Shown here: piece by piece, positions 62,838 to 64,000 of the stretch
Position numbering within the stretch: the stretch's first letter is position 1
Layout of the letters: every line of letters starts with the position of its first letter
From: an uncultured Gemmatimonadaceae bacterium
GTDB taxonomy: Bacteria; Gemmatimonadota; Gemmatimonadetes; Gemmatimonadales; Gemmatimonadaceae
Direction of reading: 5' to 3'
Length of the DNA stretch: 64,000 nucleotides
Assembly (NCBI GenBank): GCA_963781585.1
Contig: CAWAGQ010000005.1
Coordinates: forward strand, 1-64,000
Made by a program: the position numbers and the translations under genes
The notes under the pieces: generated by a model
Seen by the model: the letters and a program-made list of their open reading frames with translations, nothing else
Databases searched by the model: none
Told to the model about the DNA's origin: nothing

Positions 62838-64000
62838 CTACGCCGCAGCAGGCGGTCCGAACCAGGTGGTGAGCGCGTCGGCGAGCCCCACCTGGGTCAG
62901 GTCTCCCACCCAGGCCACATATCCGTCAGGCCGAATCAACACGGCGGTGGGAGCAGTGACCGCCCCGAGTGCCGGAAGCTCCCACGGACCATCGTACTTG
63001 GCGTCGACTACCTGAACGCGATCACGCCATGGCGTGATCGCGACGCCGCCGGGCGCACCGAGGTTGAGGAGCACCGGCCGGGCATGGTGCAGCAAGGTGA
63101 AGACCCGCAGCGGCCCGTTGGCGGTGACCAGGTCGAGATCGGGCATGCGGCGTCCGAGCAGCGGGTGGCCCTCGCCCAGGTCGTAATGGATGTCCAGACC
63201 GGACATCATCGCGGCGAATCGTTTGCGCGGCTCGTCCATGCTCAGCAGCTCGGACACGGTGTCGCGCAGCGCCTCGATGCGATCGTCGGCGCGCATGAGC
63301 GCGACCTGCGCCATCGTGGTGCGCAGCACGCGGGCAGCGACCGGGTGGCGCTCGGCATGGTAGGTATCCAGCAGGCTTTCCGGCGATGTCTTCTTGACGA
63401 CCTGGGCCAGCTTCCACCCCAGATTCACCGCATCCTGCACGCCGGTGTTGAGGCCCTGTCCACCGACTGGGGAATGCACGTGCGCCGCGTCGCCGGCCAG
63501 CAGCACCCGTCCCTTGCGGTAGGCCGCGGCCTGCCGGGTCATGTCGGTGAACCGGGAAATGAAGGCGGGGCTGTGGATCCCGTAATCGGTCCCGTAGACG
63601 GCGATGAGGCCTTCGCTGAGATCTTGCATGGTGGGATCGGTCGCGGCGCCGACGTGCTCTTCGGTCAACATGACCCGTACCGTCCCTTCATCCTTGTAGA
63701 CCACCTCACCGTTGCGGATCTCGTACTCCACGCGACCGAGGCCATAGACGCCGCGAGCGTCTCGGCGCATGCCCAATTCCGGCTTCCCGGTCATCTCGAC
63801 CTCGGCGATAAGGCTGCTCGTCGTCGGATCCCAGCCGGGGAACTCGATGCCGGCGGCCTTGCGCACCAGGCTGCGTCCTCCGTCGCACCCGCCGAGATAT
63901 TGCGCCCGTAGCGAGTGGCCATCGGACAGCTGAACGTCGACGCCGGTGTCGTCCTGCGCGAAACCTGTCACTTCACGTGCGCGATAGAACGTCACCGCCA
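62838..64000 (-). CDS. FAD-dependent monooxygenase (FAD_binding_3 type), 5' end beyond window
   Basis: GCDGGRSLVR, LAGDAAHVHSPVGGQGLNTG and LIRPDGYVAW motifs. Confidence 0.9.
   Translation of the reverse strand, partial: AVTFYRAREVTGFAQDDTGVDVQLSDGHSLRAQYLGGCDGGRSLVRKAAGIEFPGWDPTTSSLIAEVEMTGKPELGMRRDARGVYGLGRVEYEIRNGEVVYKDEGTVRVMLTEEHVGAATDPTMQDLSEGLIAVYGTDYGIHSPAFISRFTDMTRQAAAYRKGRVLLAGDAAHVHSPVGGQGLNTGVQDAVNLGWKLAQVVKKTSPESLLDTYHAERHPVAARVLRTTMAQVALMRADDRIEALRDTVSELLSMDEPRKRFAAMMSGLDIHYDLGEGHPLLGRRMPDLDLVTANGPLRVFTLLHHARPVLLNLGAPGGVAITPWRDRVQVVDAKYDGPWELPALGAVTAPTAVLIRPDGYVAWVGDLTQVGLADALTTWFGPPAAA

Overview
This is a high-GC bacterial chromosomal segment. Gene content suggests Gemmatimonadota or a relative (inference): a Ser/Thr kinase-PD40 fusion, a duplicated MacB/FtsX permease, VPS10/BNR and FG-GAP secreted proteins, and many peptidases and amidohydrolases. 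About 50 genes are supported, mostly secreted hydrolases and amino-acid transporters. There are also ilvE, a stand-alone infA, a Tat-type msrB, three apparently intact toxin-antitoxin pairs and one remnant pair. No rRNA, tRNA or CRISPR was seen. Several genes carry small indels that look like long-read assembly errors. Four non-routine signals stand out. (1) The octamer CGTTAGGC/GCCTAACG is embedded at least 23 times inside coding sequences, always via the AT-ending codons TTA (Leu-Gly) or CCT (Pro-Asn), with no strand skew. (2) A decaying integrase-less cluster of integron attC sites and cassette-like genes lies at about 57.6-62.8 kb, and its core sites share the heptamer GCCTAAC. (3) About 15 copies of a 21-bp quasi-palindromic REP-like element are often spaced 26-29 bp apart, and two of them are in frame inside a peptidase ORF. 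(4) Polarised intergenic heptamer arrays put TGA into successive reading frames. All family names come from motif recognition by eye, not from database searches.
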